Assembly: GCF_004010195.1 (NCBI RefSeq)
Contig: NC_057750.1
Coordinates: 3,034,761 to 3,098,760 of the forward strand
Direction: 5' to 3'
DNA: 64,000 nucleotides
Source: Chiloscyllium plagiosum
Taxonomy: Eukaryota
Positions 10,019 through 22,415 of this stretch are shown in pieces; the first letter of the stretch is position 1, and each line of letters starts with the position of its first letter. The notes beneath the pieces were generated by a model. That model was not told the DNA's origin. It did no database searches and saw only the letters and a program-made list of their open reading frames with translations. A program made the translations under genes and the position numbers.

Positions 10019-11154
10019 GTCTCATTATCAGACATCAGAGTAACATTGTGAATATGTTGATCCCCATCATACAACAATTCGATTGTTCTAGTTAACAAGC
10101 ACAGAGCCAATGGGCTGAATGGCCTCCTTCTGTGTCATCATGACTCCATGATACTTCACAGGAGGGATTCCAACAAAGCCAAAAACAGAAACATCAAGGA
10201 TGGTGCCAAAACACTTGTACTAAGCTTTATCTCAGAGGAGATAAAAGCAGAGCTTTGCGATGGGAATTTCAGATTAGTATCTAGATAGCTAAAGGCATGA
10301 CCACCTACACTGAAGCAATGAAATGGGGGATGGAGGGGGAGAACCACAGGGAGGCCAGAAATGGAAGAGCACAGAAGGGTGGTATTGTAGGAAGTTTCAG
10401 AGATGCTGCAGTGTAAGGTCATTAAAGTAATAAAACAGCAATGAGAACCTTTGTTTGTAGCTTCCATTCCTATTGCATAAGGCACAAAATCCATCAGCTC
10501 TTCCCGATCTTGTTGATAGATCGTATTCAGATTGTGCTTTTAATCATAGTGGGATTGTGTATATCACATTACACGCTCTCCTGAGAACTTGCTCACAGCT
10601 GGAGATTCCCAGGAGGACACCAGACATGCGTTAGGGATGTCCTGAATCATCCCAGGAATAATCAAATATTCTGATTGACATCTAGGACTCCCCTGGCTTG
10701 TGACCAATCAAAATAGAGAAGGTTCATTTGGGAAAGTACCTACACATTGTGAGACTTCATGGGAACGCACAGTGGTGAAATGAGGGCAATGGAGGGAATG
10801 CACACACCTCCAAACAACCCACTGAGGACCAAGTGACACTGCCTCTACAGTTTACATATCTTTCCTTTCGTATGGCAATTAAAACCAGACACAATGCAGC
10901 AGGCATGGTCTTGCAAAATCTCTAACAATTCCAGCAAACAACTTTACACCTGTACTCAAATCCTTGCAATAAAGGCCAAGTCAGATTGCACATTGACTTT
11001 AATCAGTTATCTCAGTCCTCATCAACCCAGAAAGGAAACAAATCATCCTTAATCCAGAGGGATAGCCTAACAAGAAGGATAATTCTGTGTGTGATACATT
11101 GTCCTTCCCTCTATTAAATACTACTGTCCCTGAGCATAATAGGCAATGACAACA

Positions 11155-11680
11155 TAACAGAAATTGCAGGGAAAGCTCAGCAGGTCTCGCAGCATCTGTG
11201 GAGAGAAATCAGAGCTCTGAGGAAGGGTTACTGGACCGGAAACATTAACTGATCCTCTCCACAGATGCTCCCAGATGGATAGGATAAATAGACAAAGTCT
11301 TTTCCCTGAGGTGGAAAAGGTAGGGGACATAGGTTTGGGGTGAGAGGGGAAAGATATAAAAGGGACCTAAGGGGCAATATTTTCATCCAGAGGTTGATGC
11401 ATGTATGGAATGAGCTGCTGGAGGAAGTGGTGGAGGGTGGTACAATTACAACATTTAAAAGGCATCTGGATGGGTATATGAATAGGAAGGGTTTGAAGGG
11501 ATATGGGCCAAGTGCTGGCAAATGGGACTAGATTAGGTTGGGATATATGGTCAGCATGGACGAGTTGGACCAAAGGGTCTGTTTCTGTGCTATACATCTC
11601 TATGATTCTATGACATTTATGACCTGCTGAGCTTTTCCAGCAATTTCTGTCTTGTTTCTGATATACAGCATTCACACTTC
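11155..11680. mobile_element. palindromic Penelope-like element interrupted by a CR1 3' fragment (about 11277-11612, + strand)
   Basis: Right arm cagatgctcccaga is broken by CR1 (ERYKRDLRGNIFIQR...WNEL) and resumes at gacctgctgagc (11621). Confidence 0.75.
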
Positions 11681-11904
11681 TTTCAGTTTTTATAAAAGGA
11701 ATTGACCTTTTATTGACCACTAACCGAAATTTTCAGCTCTTCCTGTTTAAATCTGAGCTTAATATACAAAACTGTGAATTCAGTATGAAGTGTGACAAAC
11801 AATTATGTTTAAGTGAAACAGCAGCGGAGAAAGCAGGATGGGAAACTGTGCAACACTTTGATGTACTGTGTATCTCCTACCTAATTGCTGCTTTCAGTTT
11901 TAAT

Positions 11905-12425
11905 AAAATGTGCGCAATTCTGGTTGCCCTGCTATAGTAAGGATGTTATTAAACTGGAAAGGGTGCAGAAAACATTTACCAGGATATTACCAAGAATGGA
12001 GCGTTTGAGTTAAAGCAGAGGCTGGCTAGGCTGGGACCTTTTTCCCTGGAGCATAGGAGGTTGCGGGGTGACCTTATAGATATTTATAAAATCATAAACA
12101 GCACAGATAAGGTGGATAGTCAAGATCTTTTCCCCGTGGTGGGGGAGTCCAAAACAAGAGGGCATAGGTTTAAGGTGAGAGGAGAATGATTTAAAAGGGA
12201 TCCGAAGTACAATGTTTTCACACAGAGGGTGGTGTGTGTATGGAACAAGTTGCCAGGGGAAGTGGTAGAGACTGGTACAATTACATTTAAAAGACATTTG
12301 GACAGGTACGTGGAAAGGAAAGGTTTGGAGCGATATGGGCCAAATGCAGGCAAATGGGACTAGTTCAGTTTAGGGAACTCAGCATGAACGAGTTGGGCCG
12401 ATGGGTCTGTGATGTATGACTCTGT
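11905..12425 (+). mobile_element. CR1 LINE 3' fragment
   Basis: Homologous to 1975-2417, with 3' UTR. Confidence 0.85.
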
Positions 12426-13008
12426 AACCTCAGCAAACAAACTGTGAATCAGGCCCCCCAAAAATGTGCAGTTTTTCTGTAATCACTCTAGGATATCCTA
12501 TAAATACTGTGTGTAATAGTTAATCACTAGAATTTAATCTGGGCTAATCATTGCTAATTGGCAAGGGTCAAAACTCCCTTTGCTCAAGAAAGTCAAACCC
12601 ATTTGGGCTTAGAACACTGTTAAATAAATTAATTTTTTTTCTGTAACAAAAACAGCACATCCATTTATTCTATATTACACAGCGACAGGGCATTCCTTAG
12701 TTTTGAGGTCATTTCAGGAAGCAAGGATCATGCAATGAGTTTGGATTTAAAACACAACAAGGATGTGGCCATGATGGTAATATGCAATCTGAAGAATTTG
12801 GCATTCAAGTAAACAGGAACAGAGCAGGGCATCCCAAAGGGTGGATGAGGCCCCAAATGTGGTGGTAAACTGAGATTTTCAGGTTCCAAGGTCACAGTGG
12901 CTGAGCCTCCCTGCTCTAATAAACCTTCTTTGAAGTCCTTGAGGGGTAATGATGGGTTTTCAAGTCTCCAAATGGGGTCAAAGAGGGGAAAGAGTTTGGC
13001 AATTAAAA

Positions 13009-13287
13009 TTAGAATCCCTACAGCGTGGAAACAGGCCATTTGGCCAAACAATTCCATACCGACCCTCTGAAGAGTAACCCACCCAGACTCATCCCGTATG
13101 AAGCCACAGTTCCCCTGACCAATGCACCCAACCTACACATCCCTGGGTACTATGGGCAATTTAGCATGATCAATTCACTGTAACCTGCACATGTCTGGAC
13201 TGTGGGAGGAAACCCACGCAGACACGGGGGAATGTGCAAACTCCACACAGACAGTCGCCCGGGGCTGGAATCGAACCTGTGTCCCTA
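13009..13287 (-). mobile_element. HE1-like SINE, A box missing
   Basis: Reverse complement of the 5444-5745 family. Confidence 0.85.
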
Positions 13288-13388
13288 AATTTCAACTTTA
13301 GTTGATCAGACAAGGGAAAAGAACAGTGCAGTAAAATGCATTTTAACAATTGAGGAAATTGCAAGGAAAGTACTTTTGTTTTATAAAT

Positions 13389-13479
13389 CCTGAAGAAGGA
13401 CTTATGCCCGAAACGTCGATTCTCCTGTTCCTTGGATGCTGCCGGACCTGCTGCGCTTTTCCAGCAACACATTTTCAGC
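13389..13479 (+). mobile_element. solo Penelope terminal fragment with intact hammerhead core and 10-bp TSD
   Basis: TTTTATAAAT at 13379-13388 and 13480-13489; CTGAAGA-AGGAC-TTAT-GCCC-GAAA-CG-TC. Confidence 0.8.
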
Positions 13480-14291
13480 TTTTATAAATATAAGCGAGGA
13501 ACAATTGCCCTGCATAAGGATAAAACAAAACAGCAGCTTTCATGTCTGGATGTCCTGAAGCACCTTACAGCAAATGAATACGAGGAAGTAGAAACATTAT
13601 TGCAATATAGGGCAGAAATAGTTTAACATTGTACATGGAGGCTTCTTTTACAAGTTGCTTTTCATTATCTTCCCACTTCTTTGAAGGCGTGGCAACTGGG
13701 TAATGGCTTGTTGCTACAGTTCCCAATGGTCCAGACTCCAAGTGGCTACAAATTAACATCTGAGTAGAAAACCTAGTAATTCTGTAAGAGCAGAGGGAAC
13801 AAAGATGCAAGATGTACGTCAAGATTGAGAGTAAAATGAAAAGGGGCAACACTTTCAGGTCGTTAAAAATTTCTATTGAGCTGCCTACTGTGACTGTAAA
13901 CCATGCAGATGAGTGAATTTGGATTGATTTCTGCACTATACAGAGGTGAGGTGCAATAATTGACCTGACTATTGCTGTGCTAGGGAGAGTAGAATGGCAA
14001 ATAGAAACCAGCAAGGATTCCTGGTCCCTCTTACACTTTGATTAGAGTGTCCTTGAGGTACTCTAGTCTTTCAGGAGCAGAAATATTTCACTTGTCATTT
14101 AATAAAAAATAACTGATGGGTTGAGAGTGTCTCTGGTTAGGCTAGCATTTATTGTCCATCCCACTTGACCAGTTAAGAATCAACCACATCGCTATGGGTC
14201 ATACATAGTCCAGACCAGGTAAGGTCAGCAGATTTCATTTCTATTAAAAAAATTAGTGAAACATATGTTTGATAACAATTGACAGAGGTTA

Positions 14292-14950
14292 TTTAGATTT
14301 AGATTAAAATTTTATTGTCATGTGTACTCAAGTACAAGAGTACAGTGAAAAATATATAATGTGCTACACGTGGGTATCTGAGGTACAAAGACACAGAGGT
14401 ACAAAATACTCAGGTACAAAGTGGTAAAAGAAACATAGTTTTAAAAATTAAGCATTACCTTCATAGAATAAGTCGGAAAATAAAGAAATAAGGTATTAGG
14501 TTAATATTCAAGCCCTTCTAAATATAAACTAGAAAAATAAAGGAACAAAGTTAAACGTTCAACAGTCTGAGATGAGTCCCCCGCTTAGCTCACTCTCCGG
14601 GAGACCTCAGCTGCCTGTTATCATTGCTGCAGATATTGGAGGGAGCTTCCTCACCTCTCACTCTTCTCAAATTGGCTCACAATGCCATCGCTGCTGCTGA
14701 AGCTGCCATCTCCTTGATCTCTTCTGCACAGGATCGACTCACACGCTGAGATGGTGCCGTGCTGGGCCAAGAGACTTCTGCAGGGCACCAAGAGAGTGGG
14801 CCAAGACACCGACTCACTGGGTCTGCACTGAGGCCGGGAGTGAAGTAAAGAAAAAAAAAAGAGCACCGAGAAAAAAAAAAGTGAAAACAAGAAAGAAACA
14901 GGAAAGAAATGGATGGAGCGGGCAAGCTCCAGCTGAAGCCATCTACGCCC
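14292..14950 (-). mobile_element. unclassified non-autonomous non-LTR-type insertion splitting a SINE (about 14100-14290 and 14950-15050)
   Basis: Minus strand starts GC-rich (GGCGTAGATGGC) and ends in AATAAA plus (ATCTAA)n; the flanks resemble the 45640-45975 SINE in reverse. Confidence 0.45.
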
Positions 14951-15268
14951 AGAGTTTTATTGAATTCCCATTTTACCCTCTGTTGTGGTGGAATTCAAAC
15001 CCATGCCTCCAGAGTATTAGCCTGAGGTTACTGATTACTAATAGTTCCACTGCCTTCCAAAGCTTTCCTGCTAGGCTGCTTAATAATGGAAGAACAATGC
15101 CTGTTAGGAACTTCAAGTTCAGATGATTACTGTTTTCTCAAATGGTGCCTTAACCAAAAAGAATTTGGGAACTAAGTAACCAAAGGCACAATACCTACAG
15201 TGGATAAATAATAAGTGATGAAGAAAATGACAGAATTGGAGATTTGTTTATAATTTATTCCAACATTA

Positions 15269-15467
15269 CAGAGTCTAAAAGTGTGGTGCTGGAAAAGCAC
15301 AGCTGGTCAGGCAGCATCCGAGGAGCAGGAGAGTCAATGTTTTGAGCATAAGTTCTTCATCAGGAACGACGACTCTTCTGCTCCTCGGATGCTGCCTGAC
15401 CAGCTGTGCTTTTCCAGCACCACACTTTTTGACTCTGATCACCAGCATTTGCAGTCTCACTTTCTCC
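15269..15467. mobile_element. palindromic Penelope-derived element (family of 6224-6418)
   Basis: Inverted arms span 15269-15437; minus-strand CTGATGA at 15357-15363 with the GAAA box decayed to AAAA. Confidence 0.8.
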
Positions 15468-15599
15468 TGGAAATTATAAAGACAGGGAAGAGGTTACAGG
15501 CAGATTTCAATACAAAAGTCAAGAATTTTAGATTTGAGGCATTACAAAGGGATGAATTTGGTTTGAAGGTTACGGTCTGCCTTTTTAAATGAGCTGAAG

Positions 15600-16345
15600 T
15601 TTACCCTCTTTGGGACACAGGAATTTAGAAAAGCAAAGTATTTTCTAAATTGAGAGAGATGGGAAGTGTTGATACACAGAGGAATCTGAATGCCGTTGTT
15701 CAAAAAGGTTATACTGAACAAACTAAAATGCAGGTGCAGCAAGAAATTTATATGGCAAACAGTGTAGCAGCCTTTATTGCAGGAGGATTTCAGTGCAGGA
15801 ATAGTCATCTTTATAGAATTATGCTAGAGCCTTGGCCAGACTCTGCCTGGAATGTATAATGAGCATATTGAAGGTTCACCAGACTGATTACTGGGATGGA
15901 GGCATTGTCCTATGATGAGAATGTGAGAGGAGACTGGTACTATAATTCTTAGATTTAAGAAGAATGGGTGATAATTGAATTGAAAGATAAATTATTAAAA
16001 ATATTTTGATCAGGTGGGTATAGAGAAGATGTTTCCACCTTGCTTTAAGGCATGGGTTGCATGGAGTGAGTTCTAGAACCAGAGGACACAGTCTCAGAAA
16101 GATGTAAACAATCTAGAGCTGAAATGAGAGGCAAGTTCTTCACTTGGGGATGGTGAATCTTTAGCATTCTCACTCCCAGCGGAGCTGTGGTGTCTGAGTC
16201 ATTGCGTATATCCAAGGCAGAGATTGATAGATTTCTAGATACAGAAGATATCAGGGATAAAGGGACAGTGTGAGATTGCATTGATGAAGATGATCAGCCA
16301 TGATCTAGTTGAATGGTGGAGACATAATGGGCTGAATGACTATTT
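15600..16345 (+). mobile_element. old CR1 fragment
   Basis: Decayed ORF2 C-terminus and gatcagccatgatc 3' UTR motif. Confidence 0.65.
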
Positions 16346-17639
16346 CCTTGGCAAAATATTCACCAAGGCTCCTTAGTCAGCACTTTCCAAACTCTCAACC
16401 ACTACAATATAGAAGAACAAGTGTAGGAGATATGTGGGAACACTCTTGCAAGTATCTCCAAGCCACTCACCATCTTGTCTTGGAAATAGCACCATTCCTC
16501 CTCTCTCATTGATATTCTTTCCCTAACGACGTTGTGGTGTCCCAGCAGTTCAGTGCAAGAGCTTACCATCTTCAAGAGCATTTAGAGATAAGAAATAAAG
16601 CCAACAATCCCCAATCCCATAAGTGAATAAAACAAATCCAGCACCAGGACTGTGCAGGTTTGAATATTTGTATTGTGAGTTTACTCACTGAGCCTTGTTG
16701 TTCAAATGCCCCTAGTGGGCAGCGGTTTTCTGCAAACAGCTAACAATCAGTAACAAACACATCTACTGACACTTTACGGCCATAAACTGCAGCTGTTAAA
16801 TAATGGGAGAGAGCTAGAATGTTCTTGTGACCTTTCTGTAGTTATTCATACATTTCCCAAGTGTACAAAACTTGTGCAACTGGTTTCTGATCTTAATTAC
16901 TCTCTGCCAGATTAATTCTGTGCCATCTAACATGCTGCCTGACGTTTTTTTTTGCATGCAACTGTTTCTACCAGGCGTTTTGCCTCCTTTTATAGATCCA
17001 AACATAGTGAGCACTGTATTTCTCAGGTCATACCTCAAGTAACTGGATTGTTTCACTGAACTGTTCCAGAGGTGGTCATGTATATAAATCAGTCAACCTT
17101 TACAAAGGTGATGCAATGTAATATGATGCAGTCCTTCCCATACTCAAGCTGTCAGGATGCCAAAATTCAGGTCAAACCTGATATTGTATAAACTCCTCCC
17201 TAAACCACACCCAATTCAACTCAATGAGACACTTAAGAATTAAACACAGACACTATAGTGAGATTTGTACAGCCAGCAACTGCACAATGAGTATGCACGT
17301 TTTAGGCAAAACAAACCGATTAACCTGTCACAAGAACATTTTACAGTTTATTTAAATAGTGTTAAACTCTTAATGCGATACATTGAGTTTAGTTTTGCTA
17401 TACAAAGGGCAGGAGACAGGCTCAACGCCCCTTGCATGTCCATGTCTATTGCCAAGAATCATTAGCTAGTTATGGACAAGAAAAAATTATTATGGGCCAG
17501 GGCAGACCTTGTTCATCTTAAAAACCACAGTTGAACCATTCATTGGAAGAGAGACTAATCCATGCATCTGGGCAAAAATATAAACTTGGTGACCTTGTTA
17601 CTCATTTGTTCATAGGGCATGGGTTTAGTAGGCAACACC

Positions 17640-18260
17640 AGCATTTATTGGCCATCTTCATTGGTCAGGGAATTGAGTACAAGAATCAGGATATCATGTT
17701 GCAACTTTCTAAGTCGTTGATTTGGCCACGCTTAGTGTGTTCAGTTTTGGTTGCCACATTACAAGGAGGATTTAGAGGCTTCGGAAAGGGTGCAGAAGTT
17801 TACCAGGATGCTGTCTGGATTAGAAGGTACTAGCTATAAAAGGGAGAGACTAGAAAAAGCTAGGTTGTTTTCTCTGGAGCAGAGACTGAATGGAGACTTG
17901 ATAAAAGTCTATTAAAATTATGAGATACACAGATAGGGTTGACAGTCAGAATCTTTTTCCCAGAGTTGAAACGGCTAATAGTAGGGGATATGCTTTTAAA
18001 GGTGAGGAGGGGAAGTTCAAAGAAGACGTGAGGGACAAGTTTTTTTTAAAACACTGGTTGGAGTCTGGAATATATGGCCAGGGGTAGTGATGGAGGCAGA
18101 AATGATAGGGGTATTTAAGGGACTTTTAGATTAGCACATGAACATGCAAGGAACAAAGGAATATGGACGAAGGTCAGGAAGAAGGGATTAGTTTAATTTG
18201 GTGTCATGTTCAGCACAACATTGTGCGCTGAAGGGCCCATTCCTGTGCTGTACTTTTCTA
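17640..18260 (+). mobile_element. CR1 LINE 3' fragment
   Basis: FIGQGIEYKNQDIMLQLSKSLIWPRL, followed by the CR1 3' UTR. Confidence 0.82.
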
Positions 18261-19279
18261 GATCTCCAACTGACCCCAACCCAATGGTAAACCACCTTCT
18301 TGAACCAGTGCAGTCCACATAGTGTAGATAAAATCAGTGCTGTTAGGAGAGCTCCAGGAACATCAATATGGCTCCAAGTCAAGGTAACAAAAGGCCTAGC
18401 ACCAACTCAGCAGGTGCCATGATTCTTGTGCATCTGCTGCTGTCACCTTTCAGAGAGATGAGTATTTAGGACGTTACAACAGAGCATCGGTTAGATGATA
18501 CCCTTCACCAACAGCACACTGCAACATTTTGAAAGTGGTAACTGAATGCCATTCAAGTTTTTGAATTGGTTAAAAATTATTTCATGGAATATGGGCATCC
18601 CTGCAAAGCCAAAAGCTGCACATCCCCAATATTCCTTAAAAGGAGCAACTTGTGGCCATTGCAGAAGCCTCATTTTAAGGCGCAGTTGAGAATCAAGCAA
18701 CCAACCCAGATAAGTATACATTTTCATTTGCAATTTCAATTCAGAGGCTTTTCTAAAAGATCAGAAAGTCACTTGGAACAGCGATTGAAATACATCAAGA
18801 AGCCATGTGACTTTACTAAAATATCTGGTGGAACACCCATGGTGTTTATGGACAGTATATTTACTCTTAATATCCAGAACTACTCTTACACACAAGGGTC
18901 TTCAACCCACTTGCACCAAAACCCCAGTTGTATTTTTTAAAAATCTATTAACCACCACCAGCAAATCTTCAGTGTTCTTCAAATGTGGTTGACTTTTAAC
19001 TGACCCTTAGGCAGTTAATAACAGGCAACAGTCTGCCACATCCCCAAATAAATTTTAAAATAACATCAACTTCCTGATTTGTACTTTGTAGATGGTGAAT
19101 ATGCTCTCAGGGCTACAATGTGGACATGTATGAGACAGTGGTGGTGCTGAAGGATAGGGGAGGTAGATTTGGGCAGCTCTTGTTAAAATACTGGCCGTCA
19201 GAAAGTCTTCTGCCCTGTATCATTCTACAATTTGAGTAGAGTTATGCACAGCAGAACTTGCAGCCTATTCTGCTGTCGT

Positions 19280-19850
19280 AGGCAAAAGTGAGGACTGCAG
19301 ATGCTAGAAACCAGAGTTTAGATTAGAGTGATGCTGGAAAAGCACAGCAGGTCAGGCAGCAAAGAAGCAGGAAAACCAACATTTTGGGCAAGAGCCCTTC
19401 ATCAGGAGTAGAGGCAGGAAGCCTCCAGGGTGGAGAGATAAATGGGGAGACACGTGCTAGGGAGAAGGTAGCGAAAAATACAATAGGTGAATGGAAGTGG
19501 GGATGGAGGGGATAGGTCAGAGGGGAGGGTGGAGCAGATAGTTGGGAAGGGAGTGTGGCAGGTAGGACAGATCATGAGGATAGTACTGAGCTGGAAGGTT
19601 GGAACTGGGGTAAGATTGGGGGGAGGGGAAATTAGGAAACTGGTGAAGTCCACATTGATGTCCCTGGGGTTGAGGTGTTCCAAGGCAGATGAGGCATTCT
19701 TCCTCCAGGCGTCGGGTGGTGAGGGAGCGGCAGTGGAGGCGGCCCAGGACCTGCATGTCCTCGGCAGAGTGGGAGGGGGAGGTGAAACGTTGGGCCACAG
19801 GTGGGGTTGATTGGTGTGGGTGTTTCGGAGATGTTCCCTGAAGCGCTGTG
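19280..19850 (-). mobile_element. Penelope-like element 3' part: GIY-YIG C-terminus, pyrimidine-rich UTR, hammerhead-bearing terminus
   Basis: RFREHLR...TRRLEEE.LI.LGT.QP...INVDFTSF across frames; CTGATGA at 19399-19405. Confidence 0.8.
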
Positions 19851-20224
19851 TGTTAAGTCCAGTGAAGGTGGCAGGAGCAGCACTCAGCAGTGCCATTAAG
19901 AAGTCAAGATGACAACCAATCTCTCCTTAGAGAGTCACTTTCTCCCAGCCTGAAGATTGTCCAAGTCTTGCTGGATGCAGGCTAGGCTTACACTGTTTAA
20001 TTGTACATTCACAATTCCTTAAATTCACAATTCCATTACTAACCCCATGGAAGACATGGTAGACTTGAGGCAGCTGAAGAAGGGTGACCTCCAACAGCTA
20101 CAAGCAACATTGCGTTTTTGTTCAAGAGGCCATGGCTGATCACCCATTCACCAGATGGTTGCAAACCCTTCAAAAATAAACTTCCCTAAATATATGCCAG
20201 TCATAAGGCAGGGCAAGTGACTGA

Positions 20225-22415
20225 AGTGATGGTCAGGAACACTTTGGGTCTAGTGATCATAATTCAATTAGTTTTAAAATGATTATGGAAAAGAGCAAGT
20301 CTTCCATAAAAGTTAAAGCTTTTCATTATAGTAAGGCAAATTTTAATGGCATGAGACAGGAACTTTCAAAGGTTCACTGGAGTAGACTGTTCACAGGTGA
20401 AGGGATGGCTGATACAATGAGCCTTTCAAAAGCATGATCAGAGTTCAGAGTAATTATATTCCTGTTAGAGTGAAAGGTAAGGCTGGTAGGATTAGGGAGC
20501 AATGGGTGAATAAAGATTGGAGGTTCTAGTCAAGAATAAAAATTAGCATAGACAACTGGGTTCAAATGAATCTCAAACAGTATAAAGAGTTAGGAGAATT
20601 CTGAAGAGGGAGATCAAGAGGCAAAGAGTATATGAGATGGCCTTGGTAGATAAGGTTAAGAATAATCAAAAGAAAGATACTACAAATACATGAAGAGTGA
20701 GTGAGCAACTAGAGAGAAAGCAGGGTCCCTTAAAGATCAAAGAGGTCATCTTTGTGGTGAACCTCAGGAGATGGGAAGATATATTAAATTAATATTTCAC
20801 ATCAGTTTTGAGAATAAAATGGAACCTAGAGGAGTCAGGGAAAAAGAGGTGATGTTTTGAAAACAGTTTAGATTACAGAAGTGCTGGAGGTTTTAGAAAA
20901 CAAGCGTACGAAAATCTCTGGGCCTTGATCTAGTGCATCCCAGGAAGTTTTGGGAAATTAGGAAAGAAATTACAGGGCATCTTGCAGAAATATTTATCAT
21001 CTCTAACTCGGAGTGAAGTGCCAGATAACTGGAGAATGGCTAACATTGTGCTTTTGTCTAAGAAGTGATGTAAGGAGAAGCCAGGAAATTATAGACCTGT
21101 GAGTCTGACTTCAGTGGTGGCTAAGTTATTGGAAGTGATTCTGAAAAGATTTATGAATTATGCGCCTTTGGAGAGGCAAGAAATGATTAGGGATAGTCAG
21201 CATAGTTTAGTGAGCGGGAAATCATGTCTCTCAAACTTAATTGAGTCTTCTGAAGTGACCAAGAAAATTGATGAGGGCAGAGCAATAAATACTGTTCACC
21301 TGGACTTTAGGAAAGCGGTGGTACCTGGTCAGGTAGACTAATTAGTAAAATTAGATCACATGGGATTCAGGGTGAACTTGCAAATTGGATACAAAATTGG
21401 CTTAACGGCAAGAGACAGAATGGTTACTCTTCAGACTGCAGGCCTGTTACTAGCAGTGTTCCACAGGGATCAGTGCTGGATCCACTTTTGTCTGTTATTT
21501 ATATCAATGATTTATGAGAAAATAGAAGGCACGGCTCAAGTTTGTGGATGACACCAAAATTGATGGTATAGTGGGCAGAGAAGATTGTCTAAAATTGCAA
21601 AGAGAACTTGATCAATTGGGACTATGGGCTGAATGGAGGCAGATGGAGTTGAATTTGGATAAATGCATGGTATTGCTTTATAGTAAAAGAAACAAGGGCA
21701 GGACTTGTACAAAAGTAGGACCTTGGGTAGTGTTTTGGAACAGAGACCTAAGGGTTCAGGTACACAATTCTTTGAAATTTGCATCGTATGTTAATAGGAC
21801 GGCTAAGCTGACATTCAGCACATTTGCCTTTATTGCTCAGCCCTTTGAATATGGGAGATGGACATCATGTTGATATTTTACAAGAGGTTGGTGAGGCTTT
21901 TTCTGGAGTAGCTTACACAGTTCTGGTTACCTGTTGCAGGAAGGATATTAAGCTGGAAGGCGCTCAGAAAAGATTTACCAGGATATTGCCAGGAATGAAG
22001 GGCTTGAGTTATAAAGGAGAGTTTGGATAGGAAGGGACCTTTTTCATTGGAGCATAGGAGGTCAAGGAGTGACCTTATAAACTCATGAGGGGTTAACACA
22101 GGATAAATGGCAGGTACCCTATCCCGAGGATGGGGTACATCAAGATGAGGGAATACATTGTCAAGGAGAGAATATGAAGTTTTAAGGACGAGGGGCTTTT
22201 TTTTTTTTAAATACACAGTTGTTCATGTGTGGAATGAACTTTCAGAGGAAGTGGTGGATGCAGGTAGTTACAACATTTAAAAGACATTAAGGTAAGTATA
22301 TGAATAAGAAATGTTGAGGGATATGGACTAAGTGCAGGCATGTGGGACTAGTTTAGCTTGGGATTATGGCTGATATGGACAAGTTGGACCACAGGGTCAG
22401 TTTGTGTGCTGTAGG
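20225..22415 (+). mobile_element. 2.2-kb decayed CR1 LINE, ORF2 reverse transcriptase through 3' UTR
   Basis: YRPVSLTSVVAKLLE, QHS...KSCLSNL, LDFRKA, VPQGSVL and DDTKI motifs, with many frameshifts. Confidence 0.9.

Noticed and set aside
19402..19896. 164-aa ORF as a host gene
   Set aside because: Frameshifted mosaic of Penelope endonuclease end and UTR.
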